A DNA stretch of 63,276 nt, counting the filler, from Lenisia limosa (taxonomy: Eukaryota > Protista > Breviatea), in the NCBI GenBank assembly GCA_001655205.1. It is 16 parts of 16 records of this genome, joined end to end, with 100 filler letters (N's around TTAATTAATTAA, not from the genome) between each part and the next. Parts side by side here need not be neighbours in the genome. Positions count along the whole stretch, not along the records: positions 27,513 to 38,052 come from LPNZ01001007.1; positions 38,153 to 40,108 come from LPNZ01003615.1; positions 40,209 to 45,121 come from LPNZ01006595.1; positions 45,222 to 50,058 come from LPNZ01010677.1; 12 more parts are not named here. One strand, given 5' to 3'. How positions within the stretch are numbered: position 1 is the stretch's first letter; every line of letters starts with the position of its first letter. The notes below the pieces were generated by a model. The model searched no databases. It saw only the letters and a list, made by a program, of their open reading frames with translations, and was not told the DNA's origin. The translations under genes and the position numbers were made by a program. Below are positions 34,701 to 46,620 of this stretch, in pieces.

Positions 34701-37700
34701 CTTCGGACACAAAGAAGTCGCGTCAGATGAGTTTGCTGCTACTTCTTATTTATGTTTTTTTCAATCAGTTTTCAATTCTTATACATATGCAGTTTTGTCA
34801 AAGGTTTATGGGTTATCAATGTCAGCACTCACCCCCCAGAATCATCGCGTGCCATGGCGATTGGTCTGGATGCTGTGTACGAGACGTCAACAGCACAAAT
34901 TATGTCTCTAGAGGAGTTCGAAGACGATGGTTGGGTGGCTGCCAATTTTTGTAATTATTCTTTTGAAAAATATGCTGTAGAGAAATGTAAAGGGGAGGAC
35001 TAAACCATTCCAAACTGCTATAGCTCGAGCTCTACTGTTCATCTGATATAATGTGATTGTTCACTTTGTTATCCACGTTTACAATGTGGCGTGGCATACT
35101 AGGTGGTGGTGTTGGATTGGAGCCCTGACAAACCAGCCTCTGCCGACGATCAGCTGCAGGACTGGGAGGCTATGGTGGGCTCTTGGCCCTGCAGTGACAT
35201 AGACAACGACCAAACTCAAGGCCTTGCCGCCTGGGCTGGCTGGGAGAATATCGTACGCTGGGTCCTGGCACATAGGGAATATCCTTTTTCCCGTATGGAT
35301 ACTTGGTTCTTCACAAATTCATCAGTTACAAATAAATGATAAAATATATTTAGTAGTCATCTATACGGTAGTCATCTATACGGTTACTAAAACGCATCAA
35401 ACCCAACAATAATTGCTGTCACCATTCAGCCGGATACGAAGTGTGACCAGGAGGTGCGACAGGGGCATGTGCCAATGGAGAGGGTGCGTCACTCCCACAA
35501 CGGCATACATCAGTCAAGGGACGTTGAGAGTGGGCTCAGGTGGTACAAGGTTAATTATATCAATGCTTATAAAAAGGGTCTGATGGAGCAGCAGAGAGAG
35601 GGTTACAGTTTAACATCTGATAAGATTCCGGATTATCACGAGATTTCAACAGTTTGCCAAATTAAATTTTGACCAGCAAATTTGTTTAACATCAATTCCA
35701 AGTTGCCACTCACTGAGAATATACTAAAATCTACAGACGAATCTGACAACTCTGGTTCGGATTATGCTGACTCGGGAGTGGGTAGCAAAAGAGTCGATGA
35801 CAAAACGCAGACCCAAGTTACCTGGGTGACTTATCAGGTTCGGAGGGCTTAGCCTCCATTTCATTGCTTTGTAGCAACATCTTTTCAAATATTTGGCTGA
35901 TGACCCATAGGCAACTGCCAAAAACGGGATCATGCCATCAGATCGGTTTGGTCATACCCTCATCCAGCTTAACATCACACACCTGCTGTTGTGGGGTGGT
36001 TCAAATGAACAAGGTGATTGGGTGTGTAATCTTACCGACAATTGCACTGTCTCTTTTTGATGCCTTATGGTTGTGTTCCTCATCTGTTTTTAATGCCTTA
36101 TGGTTGTGTTGAATATCTTTCAAGATGAGTTGGATAATTTGATTGTTTTTAAGTAGCTCACAATACAGGCGTGGCCTTCAATGACACCTGGGTTCTGAAC
36201 CTCCACACTATGGAGTATACAGAAGTCATTACCAAGAGTTTGCGGCTCTGAGTGTGCCACATTGTTTTGTCAGGCGATATTATTTGTTTTGGTTGAATCT
36301 GTACATATTATCTTTCCGATGCTCGCATTTGCTGATTTTACAGACGCGCCGATGGGACGTTACTACCATACAATGACTATGGACGCACAGGACAACGTCT
36401 GGTTAATAGGCGGCAGGGACCAAAAAGGGTGCCTGGGGTGATGCCGTATGGAGACATCCTCCAATGTGCGATTTCTTGACAGTTTCGATTAAATTGCTGC
36501 CACTAATTCATAGCTCTTGTTTTTTGTGCAATTAAGGCTAACTATAACTCTTACTGTTTGTGCATACAGTGTATAATTATTCAGGTTCTTCACAAGCCAG
36601 TTTTACCTTAGTACTGACAATTGGACCTGGTACTGTCCCTGCATGTTTGGTAGGCACGGTACATCCCAAGGCCAGTGAGCGTAGCAGGACAACAATACCA
36701 AATCATAATTTGATAAGCCATGCTCAGATTGTCAATTTATTTCAACTTTTTGGAGGCGACATTTTGGAAATTGTATATTATAGAATACAAGTTTTTACCC
36801 CATGACAGGATCGCTATTTAGTGGCAGATGGAAGCACACTACTAACTTATTCAAAACTGAAGGTATGTATTGTGGTCAAGGAATCCAAAAGAAGAGGCTC
36901 TAATAATGGTGTCGATGGTTTCGTCCACAGTATTTTTGATAACTTCATGTATTACACTATTGTAGACGATTACTTCAACCTATATGGTGGGGTAGCCAAC
37001 ACGGACTTTCTACTGATGCTTGGCGGGTCAAGACGGTCGTCTGGAATGCATGTAGGCAGCAGGGCTTCGTGTTGGGAATGCATGTAACATACTGCTCTAC
37101 TTCTAACATTTCCATTTCCATAATACCCCTATCAACACGGTGTATCAGCATTTACCACCTAGTATATCGACCTTCAAAGAAGGCTTTCTGAAAGCACGTG
37201 TCAAGATGAGTTTTCTCAATTTGTCGGCCACTCCTTTGCCTCCATTGACAGTAGGTCCAACACAGAGCTATTGAGAGCCTAAGTGTTTTCATGGTTAACA
37301 TATGATAATCAAAGCTTTACACCAAATCATTATTGAATTATGATGGTCACAGGTACTTTCAACATGATGTTGAAATATATTCAATTCATATTGATATTTT
37401 ACAATGTGTCTAAGACTCCACCCTGCAGGCGACTCGCTCCCTCTCAGTTCGTTGCGAGTTAGCAGTTCAATGGCTTTTATAGCCTCGGGTTGGTGGATTC
37501 CGACTTCCTATTCTTTAACTCTGATAAATGATGGGGTCTGTTTAGTTCATGCATGACAGTAATCTCTCAGGAGGTCAGCCGCCCAACAACGCCAAGGGGC
37601 TTTCCGTATTCGACACCTCCGATATTTGGTCCACATCGTATGCCGAAAGAGGTGAAAAATCATCACATAATGCCTAATGCACAGAAAAAAATACTCATAG

Positions 37701-37843
37701 CTTGGAGTTTTCCATTTTAGCATCTTAGCAGAAGAGGAATACCCATATTCTTTTCGCTTCTGTCTTACACGAATACAGATGTCACGACAAGTCCTTCTGG
37801 GAGTGTGTTCTACTCAGCTTCATCATCATACTTGGTGTTGTGA
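28747..37843 (+). CDS. Large multi-exon Kelch-repeat protein with Cys-rich inserts (one gene assumed; ends uncertain)
   Basis: Kelch motifs PSDRFGHTLIQLNITHLLLWGG; FNDTWVLNLHTMEYTEV; PMGRYYHTMTMDAQDNVWLIGG; HFSTVVDGRVINIGGHDG; LDTSTWTWSS; GPRPLPGHS; RYLASLIEFDDTVVLVGG. Confidence 0.8.
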
Positions 37844-38152
37844 TACTCTTTTTTGTGGGACGGAATATACGTTCTGGTGTATTTTATTTATAAAAATAGT
37901 GGTGAATTCTAATTCGAGAATAAATCTGCTTATTCTATTACATTTACATTCTAGGTAGTTCTGATATGTAATTTTTTCATTAAAAGACGAAGGAAGAAGA
38001 AGCAAAACGAGGCAGCCAATATTGACAGTTTGAGGCGTGTTCCATTTTATAANNNNNNNNNNNNNNNNNNNNNNNNNNNNNNNNNNNNNNNNNNNNTTAA
38101 TTAATTAANNNNNNNNNNNNNNNNNNNNNNNNNNNNNNNNNNNNNNNNNNNN

Positions 38153-38844
38153 TGCAACCACGGCAACGTCATCGCCTCCAAAATCTTCGCGGTCACAGAG
38201 TCGACCGCAGTAATGACCCAATGGGTTCAAGAGAGATTCGGAATGGATAGTATGTTGGTTTGGATCACAATGATATTATTCCATCAGTTTTTTTGGGTCT
38301 TATTTTGTCTAATAATACAGATATCTCGGTAATAGTTTACGACAATGCATGTAACTTAGCCACGACCCTCCATATTTATGATCCTTATCTTCTCCTGCGA
38401 CTTCGCTTGCTTGTCGTTGACCGTTTCCATTTCCTTTCTCACGTCAACTGCGGAGCTTCCTTCGATTCCCACGCGTACCCTGCCCTTGTCGGTGTCAACA
38501 CTGAAGTAGGAAATTTGGAAATCAATTTCGTGGATAGTTCACGCCAAAATAACCTATAATTTCACTTCAAAAAAGTATCACTGGGGCTCTAAAGTCGGTT
38601 CACAAGACAACAAAATGTCATGATAAAGCATGAACTATTTCCTCCACTTCATATCTCTAATTCAAGGCATGTGAACGTGCAAATAGGGAGCTCTCCAAAA
38701 TCTTGCCTTGCTTTCATTTCTACACACCGGTATGTTAAAGCAGACTCATGTGCAAGTAAAGCTGTTGTATGAGGCTTACACTCTAGATTAATGCCCTCTA
38801 TGCCATTCTTGATGTTCTTGCGGAGTATAACCTGAACAAAGTAG
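38153..38844 (+). CDS. KDZ (Kyakuja-Dileera-Zisupton) transposase, spliced, catalytic region
   Basis: Exons 38153-38249, 38321-38505, 38667-38729 and 38787-~38844 give CNHGNVIASKIFAVTES...VIVYDNACNL...VVDRFHFLSHVNC...GVNTE-ACERANRELSKI...YN: the CxHG, YD, DxFH and NTE..E motifs of KDZ transposases. Confidence 0.85.
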
Positions 38845-39537
38845 GTACATCACCTTGTGGTATTAACTGAAATAGGTCTAGTTACGTTTTCTTGTAATTG
38901 TTTGTACTAAATGTATGTGTTGATACCTTTTAATACAACGGAGCACTGTGGGAGAAATACTACATAATAACAGGTGTGGACGGCCGGTATGATACATCTG
39001 TTAATCAATTTCTATCTTCACTTTTAGCATTGGGGAGAGAGGAACTCTTTGTCTCCTTCCCATTATATCAATCACTCTAAAGAATNNNNNNNNNNNNNNN
39101 NNNNNNNNNNNNNNNNNNNNNNNNNNNNNNNNNNNNNNNNNNNNNNNNNNNNNNNNNNNNNNNNNNNNNNNNNNNNNNNNNNNNNNNNNNNNNNNNNNNN
39201 NNNNNNNNNNNNNNNNNNNNNNNNNNNNNNNNNNNNNNNNNNNNNNNNNNNNNNNNNNNNNNNNNNNNNNNNNNNNNNNNNNNNNNNNNNNNNNNNNNNN
39301 NNNNNNNNNNNNNNNNNNNNNNNNNNNNNNNNNNNNNNNNNNNNNNNNNNNNNNNNNNNNNNNNNNNNNNNNNNNNNNNNNNNNNNNNNNNNNNNNNNNN
39401 NNNNNNNNNNNNNNNNNNNNNNNNNNNNNNNNGTTTTGTGTATTGAGCGTCTACCATTGACAGATCTTTGTGCCCTCGACGTTACGTTATACAAGGCAAC
39501 TCTTGTCTAAATTGTAACAAAATAGAAGGCTTCTTAC

Positions 39538-39838
39538 CAAAAGTGCAGCAAATTGCGCGTTTCTTTCAGATGAAGCAAGGACAACAAGTGAAGGCTTCGA
39601 GCAAAAGCCCTTAACTTCAATGACTGAAAGATCCAATAGACTTTCATCATTTGTAATTGGCAACACTCTACTGAAAATATCAGACGCAACAACACTGGTC
39701 ATTTCAGGGAGCTGCACATGAGTGGGCGGGGTAGTATGGGCAATAATCAAGATCTGGTGTCCAATTTGAGGTAAAGCCGATTCCAGACGCCCCTGATTGA
39801 TTAGAAAACGGCAAGGGTGGCGGCAATTGACTTTCAAA
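39538..39838 (-). CDS. Hypothetical exon convergent with the KDZ gene
   Basis: Open frame of about 100 codons bounded by AG and GTAAGA (GRLESALPQIGHQILIIAH...SKPSLVVLASSERNAQFAALL). Confidence 0.45.
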
Positions 39839-41454
39839 CTATCATGTTTCTTTATATACATATATAATAACAGACATTGGGGGGAGGGGTGCTTCATCCT
39901 CTATGGCCAATATCGTAAATTTCCTTTTGTCTGATCTGAAATACGTTTTTTTTGTCTATTATCTACTGTGTACATAGTAGTATATATATTATACAATGAT
40001 GATGATTATGTATGAATAATGTCTGTATATTATGGGAAGGAGAGTTTTAAGTCCCCAAAAGTCAAAGAGATCATATTACACACAAAGTCACAGACCTTAA
40101 CCTACATTNNNNNNNNNNNNNNNNNNNNNNNNNNNNNNNNNNNNNNNNNNNNTTAATTAATTAANNNNNNNNNNNNNNNNNNNNNNNNNNNNNNNNNNNN
40201 NNNNNNNNTGCCAGTTCTACGTTACCAAACCAGGGGAGAAACTGGTAGCACTTAAGCCTGGACAGGTACATATGTTTTGAAATTGGCGTATCATTGTATT
40301 TATAGCTTTCACACTAACTCTTTTAGGTTANNNNNNNNNNNNNNNNNNNNNNNNNNNNNNNNNNNNNNNNNNNNNNNNNNNNNNNNNNNNNNNNNNNNNN
40401 NNNNNNNNNNNNNNNNNNNNNNNNNNNNNNNNNNNNNNNNNNNNNNNNNNNNNNNNNNNNNNNNNNNNNNNNNNNNNNNNNNNNNNNNNNNNNNNNNTAC
40501 GGATAATTTACGGGAATTCTGCGCCGCAACATATGTACTAATATATTATATAACTGTCTCTTTTCTTTCATAAAACACCTATGATAAATCCAAAACAAAG
40601 GTTACAGGGACCATTTCACAAAACAATGAATATAAAAGGTATATTGTCAGTTCAGTGCGAAAAAAATAATGAAGAACATGTTTTTACGCTAAACAAACGC
40701 ATCTAGCAATCAGAATAAAAAAACAAGGTTGTATCCGGACGAAGCCGTCCATAACATCACGCTTACACGAGATATTAGGCTCAGAGCACTAAAATAGCCG
40801 AAAGGCGGCCAATAATAATAATAATAAAACGTTCCTTTGCCTCTTCTTACGCTGTCAATTTAAGAAAATGCTAATTATAAGATGCTTTATCTTGATGGGA
40901 AGTGGATCTTTGGCCTTTTGGATCCCATTAATACTGTTTTTTGTCTAGTTTACTACTTATCACTTGGCATAAACTGAGTTTCGTCCTCTCATCCTCAAGT
41001 TGGCTTCTCCCTGGTCAGATAGTGCACCTCTCCCTCTTCCTTCCGTTGTTGTCAAGTTATGAAGGTATGTAATGCTGATGGAACGGGTTAGTGTGCCTTT
41101 TAAGGTTTTCTTAGTGAGGTTAGGGGAATGCAGGGCTTGGGGTTGGCAGGGTTTTCTGCGGGTGGGTGGTGTTTGATTTTTAGGTAAGGGAGGGAGATAG
41201 AGAGAGTGTTCCGAAAAAAAAGAAAGAATTCCTTACAGTCTTCATTGAAATCTTTCATTTACCCCCCCCCCCCATCCAGTCCCTTCAGCTTTGGCCAGCT
41301 CCACCACCGNNNNNNNNNNNNNNNNNNNNNNNNNNNNNNNNNNNNNNNNNNNNNNNNNNNNNNNNNNNNNNNNNNNNNNNGGGGGGGGAGGGGTTGGGCA
41401 AAGTGAATTGCTGTGTGTTTGCTATTTTTATATATTACTAGTCATAGTGATAAA

Positions 41455-41525
41455 TAGGGCTTCACTTCGGTTCAAAAAAGACCGGTAAAATATTGATAGT
41501 TTTTTCGAACCGAAGTAAAGCCCTA
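41455..41525. mobile_element. Internally deleted hAT-type MITE A with 8-bp TSD GTGATAAA
   Basis: TSD at 41447-41454 and 41526-41533. Confidence 0.92.
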
Positions 41526-42049
41526 GTGATAAAGCTGCAGAAATCCAGTCAAAATTGTATACTGGTTAGTTGCCATTTATTTACAATTATTATCTTGAAG
41601 TTGGCCTTGTATTGGCCAATGTTAGTGTTATTTGAAAAACTGCTTCGACAGATACATCGATAAATGGACCTCCTAATGTTCCCCAACTTTTTTTTTTTTT
41701 TCAATTTTGATCAAATGTCAAAAATCCGTGAATGTTGTCTCCCGGAGGTTCCCCCCTTTTACCCACGGGATTGTTTCTCTCACCCTCTTTTAGTCGAAAA
41801 AAAATATTACACCCCTCAAAGTAATTGGTTACGAATGTCCCAAAACGGTTTTGTGTGTTTTTGGCAGTATACGGACCATAAACAGAGAGCTTAGGAACTT
41901 AATTTGGTTTTGACCCGACAACATATACATATCATTTTGACCCGACAATATATATATCACATTCATAAATGTCCAATTTTACCCCCCCTCCCCCCAGACC
42001 GGCCAAATTATGAAAACTCTTTACCCAACACAAAACAAGTTTTAATGAT

Positions 42050-42345
42050 GGATGTCGTTTAGTAACCCCGTTGATAATTTCAAGAGCAAATCGTTTGGTC
42101 TATTCAGTGAGAAATTTGGCAATCACATGACAAACAGTACAGGTGATTCCAATAAATCCCCTCCGCCAATTTGAATAACATCGTCCTTGGTGATATGTTG
42201 GTCCTGGATAATCTTGACTTAGCACTCAATCAAGAGAAGGTCTTCGGTGGCAGTTGTGATCAATCTTTGACCACTAGAAGGCTTAATCAACTCACTACCT
42301 TTTGCATTTAAGTATTTTGAAACGGTTGATGTAGAAATGCAGCAG
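42050..42345 (-). pseudogene. Probable Tc1/mariner transposase relic (N-terminal HTH region)
   Basis: ISTSTVSKYLNAKGSELIKPSSGQRLITTATEDLLLIEC*VKIIQDQHIT resembles the Tc1 pattern IS.STV.R.L...RSGRP..T...DR.L....DP.IT; contains in-frame stops. Confidence 0.45.
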
Positions 42346-42985
42346 TAGGATGCAATATAAAGTGGTCATATTACAAAGTCTGCCTTTTTTTATAAAACCA
42401 AACTGTTTTCAGTGCTTGTACCTAAATAATTAATTACACTACGGAGTACTACCTGCTGAATTTAAGTTGACTGTTGTGGGGGTAGATACAATAATTGCAT
42501 TGATTGCTCCCCTTGCACTTAGTATTCTCCACAATTAGTTTGATTATCACACCTCAAGAAAACTCCCGAACAGCTTGAGTTTTCCATATATCACCATAAA
42601 CCCTGTTTTCGAAAGTAATTTCACTCTTAATCAAAGGATTGCCTATTTCATACATAACAAAAAAAGCCCAAAATCAATCATATTGGATGACTGTACTTAA
42701 TCGGAAGCTTGGATCATCCTGAGGATCACCTAGGTTTTTCAATACGTTTCCAACAGTTGGGTATTCTCTCTCTTCCTCTCTGCTTCTCTTCCACTGTATA
42801 ACAACAGCTTTGACAACATGTTACAGTGCTTTGATCGGGTTTGAAGACAATTTCCTTAAATCACCATTAAGTGGACTCTGGCTTTAATTGGGACCTTGAG
42901 CATATGTATATGACATATATAGTATATCATATATATATGCTTGGCAACCTAAACTCCGTATTCTATTCCAAAACTCTGGGTAAAG

Positions 42986-43634
42986 CTCACATTACCACCG
43001 AGGCCCAGCAGCTCAAGGCGGAAGGAAATATTGCGTTCGCACAGGCACTTTCACAGCAGGCATCAAAGCGTTTGAAAGACACCATTGAAGCCGAAGAAAT
43101 GAACTTGAGTCCCGAAGATCTTGCGTTTGGCCAAGGGGTAGCGGCAGGACTTGCTGCTACGATCATGATGCACCCCACCATTCGACCAGACTGTTCCAAA
43201 ATAACCAACGCTGCTATTTCAACCATTGAGTCGCAGAACATTGCCCCATTTATAGAAAAGTCCGTTGTTTTTGCTGCAGATGTTGGGCCAATAACTGATA
43301 TGGTAAAGCGTCCGTTGTCCTTTGTGCACATTGAGCCACACGAAACCTTGGCCGTTCTCCAAAAAGGACAGGTTAGGATTGTCTCATATGGTTTTCGTGC
43401 TGGGAGGCACGCAGAAAGCTGTGTGCACAGAGTTGTAGGGCGAATGATTGGGTGAATTACTATAATCCAATATCTCTTATCAGTGTGATGGTGTGGATGG
43501 CTTCGTAGATACCACCTTGTTTTATTATTCAGGTCATTGTTCAGCTTGAAGATGTCAAGCCTCCCGTGAAGCGCAATGTGAAGTTCTCGACTGCCCGGGA
43601 ACTCATAACGACGGAGACATGCTTGCGTGTCTGA
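42986..43634 (+). CDS. Two-exon hypothetical protein between inverted repeats
   Basis: Exon 42986-43371 (TTEAQQLKAEGNIAFAQALSQQ...LAVLQKGQ), intron 43372-43532, exon 43533-43634 (VIVQLEDVKPPVKRNVKF...CLRV*). Confidence 0.6.
43396..43530 (+). repeat. Long copy of family C filling most of an intron
   Basis: Matches 45037-45121, 9822-9905 and 279-395. Confidence 0.85.
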
Positions 43635-45276
43635 GGAGCTGCAAAACTTGCTGATAACTTCAAGAACAAGAAAGCCAAAATCGCACTTGCTTAGATTTGT
43701 GTGTTTTTGTTGTTGTTTTGAAGCCAGATGTTTTGTTCAAGTATATAATTAGAATTGAGTCTAAATTTTTTCAACCTTTCTGTTTTTATACATTCAGAAA
43801 TACGATACTAATGAGGTGTTCATGAGTAATAATGGAGAAAAGCGAGATTATATTGTAAGTTTTTTTAAAAAAATAGAATACGGAGTTTTGGAATAGATTT
43901 AGGTTGCCAAGCATATGTACATATAGTATGATACAATATACAATTCTTGTTATCTCAAAAATGGTCATTATTTCTGTTGTTTTTATCAAATTACCTTTGA
44001 AAACATTCATTTGGGGTGCTCAATATTTTTTGTTAACAGCCTATTAACAGCCTATAACAAAAGGAGGCTAACCATAATTGAGATTCAGTATACAAATTTG
44101 ACTTTAGTCGATTCATTCTTTGGAAAATAAGATTTGAAATCACAACCCAATCAAAGGTTCACATAATATATTAATGCATGTTTATATTATAAATGTAAGA
44201 ATATTGAATATAGCAATAGTATATAGATATATGATCTACAAATTATTAAATATACATGTATGTGTACACGTCTACAAGGTACTCCGGTGTTAAAAATCGC
44301 AAACAAATGCATGATCCCCAAAACAATTCAATTAGTCTGGTCTAATTACAAGATATTCCCCAAAACAAAATATAAAATAATATGTGTCATATACCCAGAG
44401 GATTTTTTGGCACTTTTGTTATTTTTGGGTTTATCATTTTTAGCAAAATATGACATTCCTCCAACTGGGGCTTTTGTCAAAAATGATGTTTTTCCCTTCG
44501 AAGATCATTTTTCAGTCACAGTATCTAAAAAAAAACAATTGCTGATCAATAAAATTGAAGTCAGGGATGGGAGAGAAGGAGAGTGAAACCGCATTTTGGC
44601 AGTATTTTGAACATGGTTACATTGAATTCTTAAGAGAGAAGAGGACAAGAAGAGCAACACACTCAAATGAACAAAAACAAAACGCTAGAAAACAGATGAT
44701 CCTGATGATGATCACCCCAAAATTGAAGTCGCAAAGTCGCCATCAAAAGAAGTGAAGCAGAATTGTGTTGCGGTCAGAGAACTTCACGGCGAGTGCCTAG
44801 AATGATTAGTACTTGTATATTTTACTTTCTAAAATATGGTCCTCCGAGTGGTTTACATTTTTCGGCAACTGCCATTGAATGCCTTCTGTTTGAGCAATTG
44901 TCGAGGTTTTCCACCCCTTTCGGGGTTTTCCATCCCCACTTATATCATATAGTGTGGCATAAGACGGATTAGGAGGGCCTGCATGGGTTATTATGCAGGG
45001 GCTATTGTCCTTATTCATGAATCTAATACTTGAAGGTATGCTGGGGAGGCACGCAGAAAGGTGTGTGCACAGAGTTGTAAGGCAAATGATTGGGTGAATT
45101 AATATTATATTATAATCCAATNNNNNNNNNNNNNNNNNNNNNNNNNNNNNNNNNNNNNNNNNNNNTTAATTAATTAANNNNNNNNNNNNNNNNNNNNNNN
45201 NNNNNNNNNNNNNNNNNNNNNTGGGGGTTCGTGACAGTTTTCTGATTTTATCTGCCCTCTTTTTTAACACTTGAAG

Positions 45277-46620
45277 GAAATGGAGGAGCAGATGCAGAAG
45301 TATATCCGAAAGTTTGTGGGGGCATAAGATCGCACTTTCAAATTGTGGAGGGGGGTGGGCATAAGATCGCCCTTTCAAAGTTCAAAGTTGGTCATGGACT
45401 GAAAGAATAGTATGCAATATTTTAGCCGTCTCTTAATTTGCACTTAAGCAAAATAAGGATATTATCCTTATTTATTTATTTAGATTTCATGGATTTTGGT
45501 CTCTTTTTTTTCGGAGCCTAAGATGACACGTCATTCACAACACAGACAACTGGGAGAGTCGCCACCGGAATTCATGCTCGGTTTCCATGCTCAACCTTCT
45601 TTGCAGTAANNNNNNNNNNNNNNNNNNNNNNNNNNNNNNNNNNNNNNNNNNNNNNNNNNNNNNNNNNNNNNNNNNNNNNNNNNNNNNNNNNNNNNNNNNN
45701 NNNNNNNNNNNNNNNNNNNNNNNNNNNNNNNNNNNNNNNNNNNNNNNNNNNNNNNNNTTTTTCAAGGGCCCTAGCGGACTATTGGCATGACAAGGTTAAT
45801 GGAAAATATAAACACCAAATATAAAGCCCGCAGAACATCACCAATATAGACCCTTACATCTGCACGGCATGACGATGGACCTGGCTGGCACGGGAATGAA
45901 GACCAAGCGGCATTGGAACAGTTTCGCATCGGAGTTCTTCATTCCTCTCGAGACTGTGCTCCGCTGCCTACGCCAAGGCAAACGGGTGGAGGTGGGGGGG
46001 GGGGGGNNNNNNNNNNNNNNNNNNNNNNNNNNNNNNNNNNNNNNNNNNNNNNNNNNNNNNNNNNNNNNNNNNNNNNNNNNNNNNNNNNNNNNNNNNNNNN
46101 NNNNNNNNNNNNNNNNNNNNNNNNNNNNNNNNNNNNNNNNNNNNNNNNNNNNNNNNNNNNNNNNNNNNNNNNNNNNNNNNNNNNNNNNNNNNAAATCTAT
46201 GCGCACCACAGAGAAACACAACTCATTCCCATAGGTACTCAGCGACTACCAAGACATTATTAACGGCGAGTTGAAGTGCCACAAATGCGCTCTTGGTATG
46301 TGGAGGTGACTGGTGACTGTTACATGACTGGTTCCGATGTACACCCCTCCTCCAAGATTTTTTTTTTTTTGTTTTGGNNNNNNNNNNNNNNNNNNNNNNN
46401 NNNNNNNNNNNNNNNNNNNAAAAAAGACTGCATTTCTCGATAAATCCTCGATAAATATCGATATTTTACCTGTCTTTTCCGAACCGTAGGGAAGCCCTAG
46501 ATAGACATTTTCCATGCCCCTGCGGCCATAATTCCTGTAGGGTTCCACACCATGAAGGCTCTAAGGTCGCATCTGAGTGAGGCCAATTGTGTGGACGAGT
46601 CTCAGTCGTTCAAGCTGTAA
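45277..46620 (+). CDS. APTX: Aprataxin (HIT domain plus C-terminal zinc finger), 3' part
   Basis: FMLGFHAQPSLQ-PLHLHGMTMDLAGTGMKTKRHWNSFASEFF...LKCHKCALG-FHTMKALRSHL parallels aprataxin FRLGYHAIPSM.HVHLH...KNKKHWNSF...LRCHEC...L..H. Confidence 0.92.

Noticed and set aside
36421-36470. Possible homopolymer frameshift in the Kelch gene (GAWGDAVWR in the +1 frame)
   Set aside because: A donor at AAA GG|GTGCCT joins in phase to FFTSQFYLSTDNWTW, so no frameshift is needed.
38052-38153. Kelch gene and KDZ transposase as a linked locus, and any other cross-spacer gene neighbourhood
   Set aside because: Separated by an artificial spacer; adjacency has no biological meaning.
29716-43694. UGA-to-Trp recoding, suggested by open frames continuing through TGA at 29744, 30847, 32161/32176, ~36432 and 43632
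   Set aside because: Each case is explained by the standard code. 48-nt (29716-29763) and 60-nt (32126-32185) GT-AG introns remove three of the stops, and the 48-nt one restores Kelch spacing. Alternative splice sites bypass 30847 and ~36432, and 43632 can be a true stop. All Trp codons I read at conserved positions in WDR43, TBC, APTX, the dehydrogenase and the Kelch repeats are TGG, and TGA ends the gene at 8012. A genome-wide codon-versus-conserved-Trp analysis would settle it.
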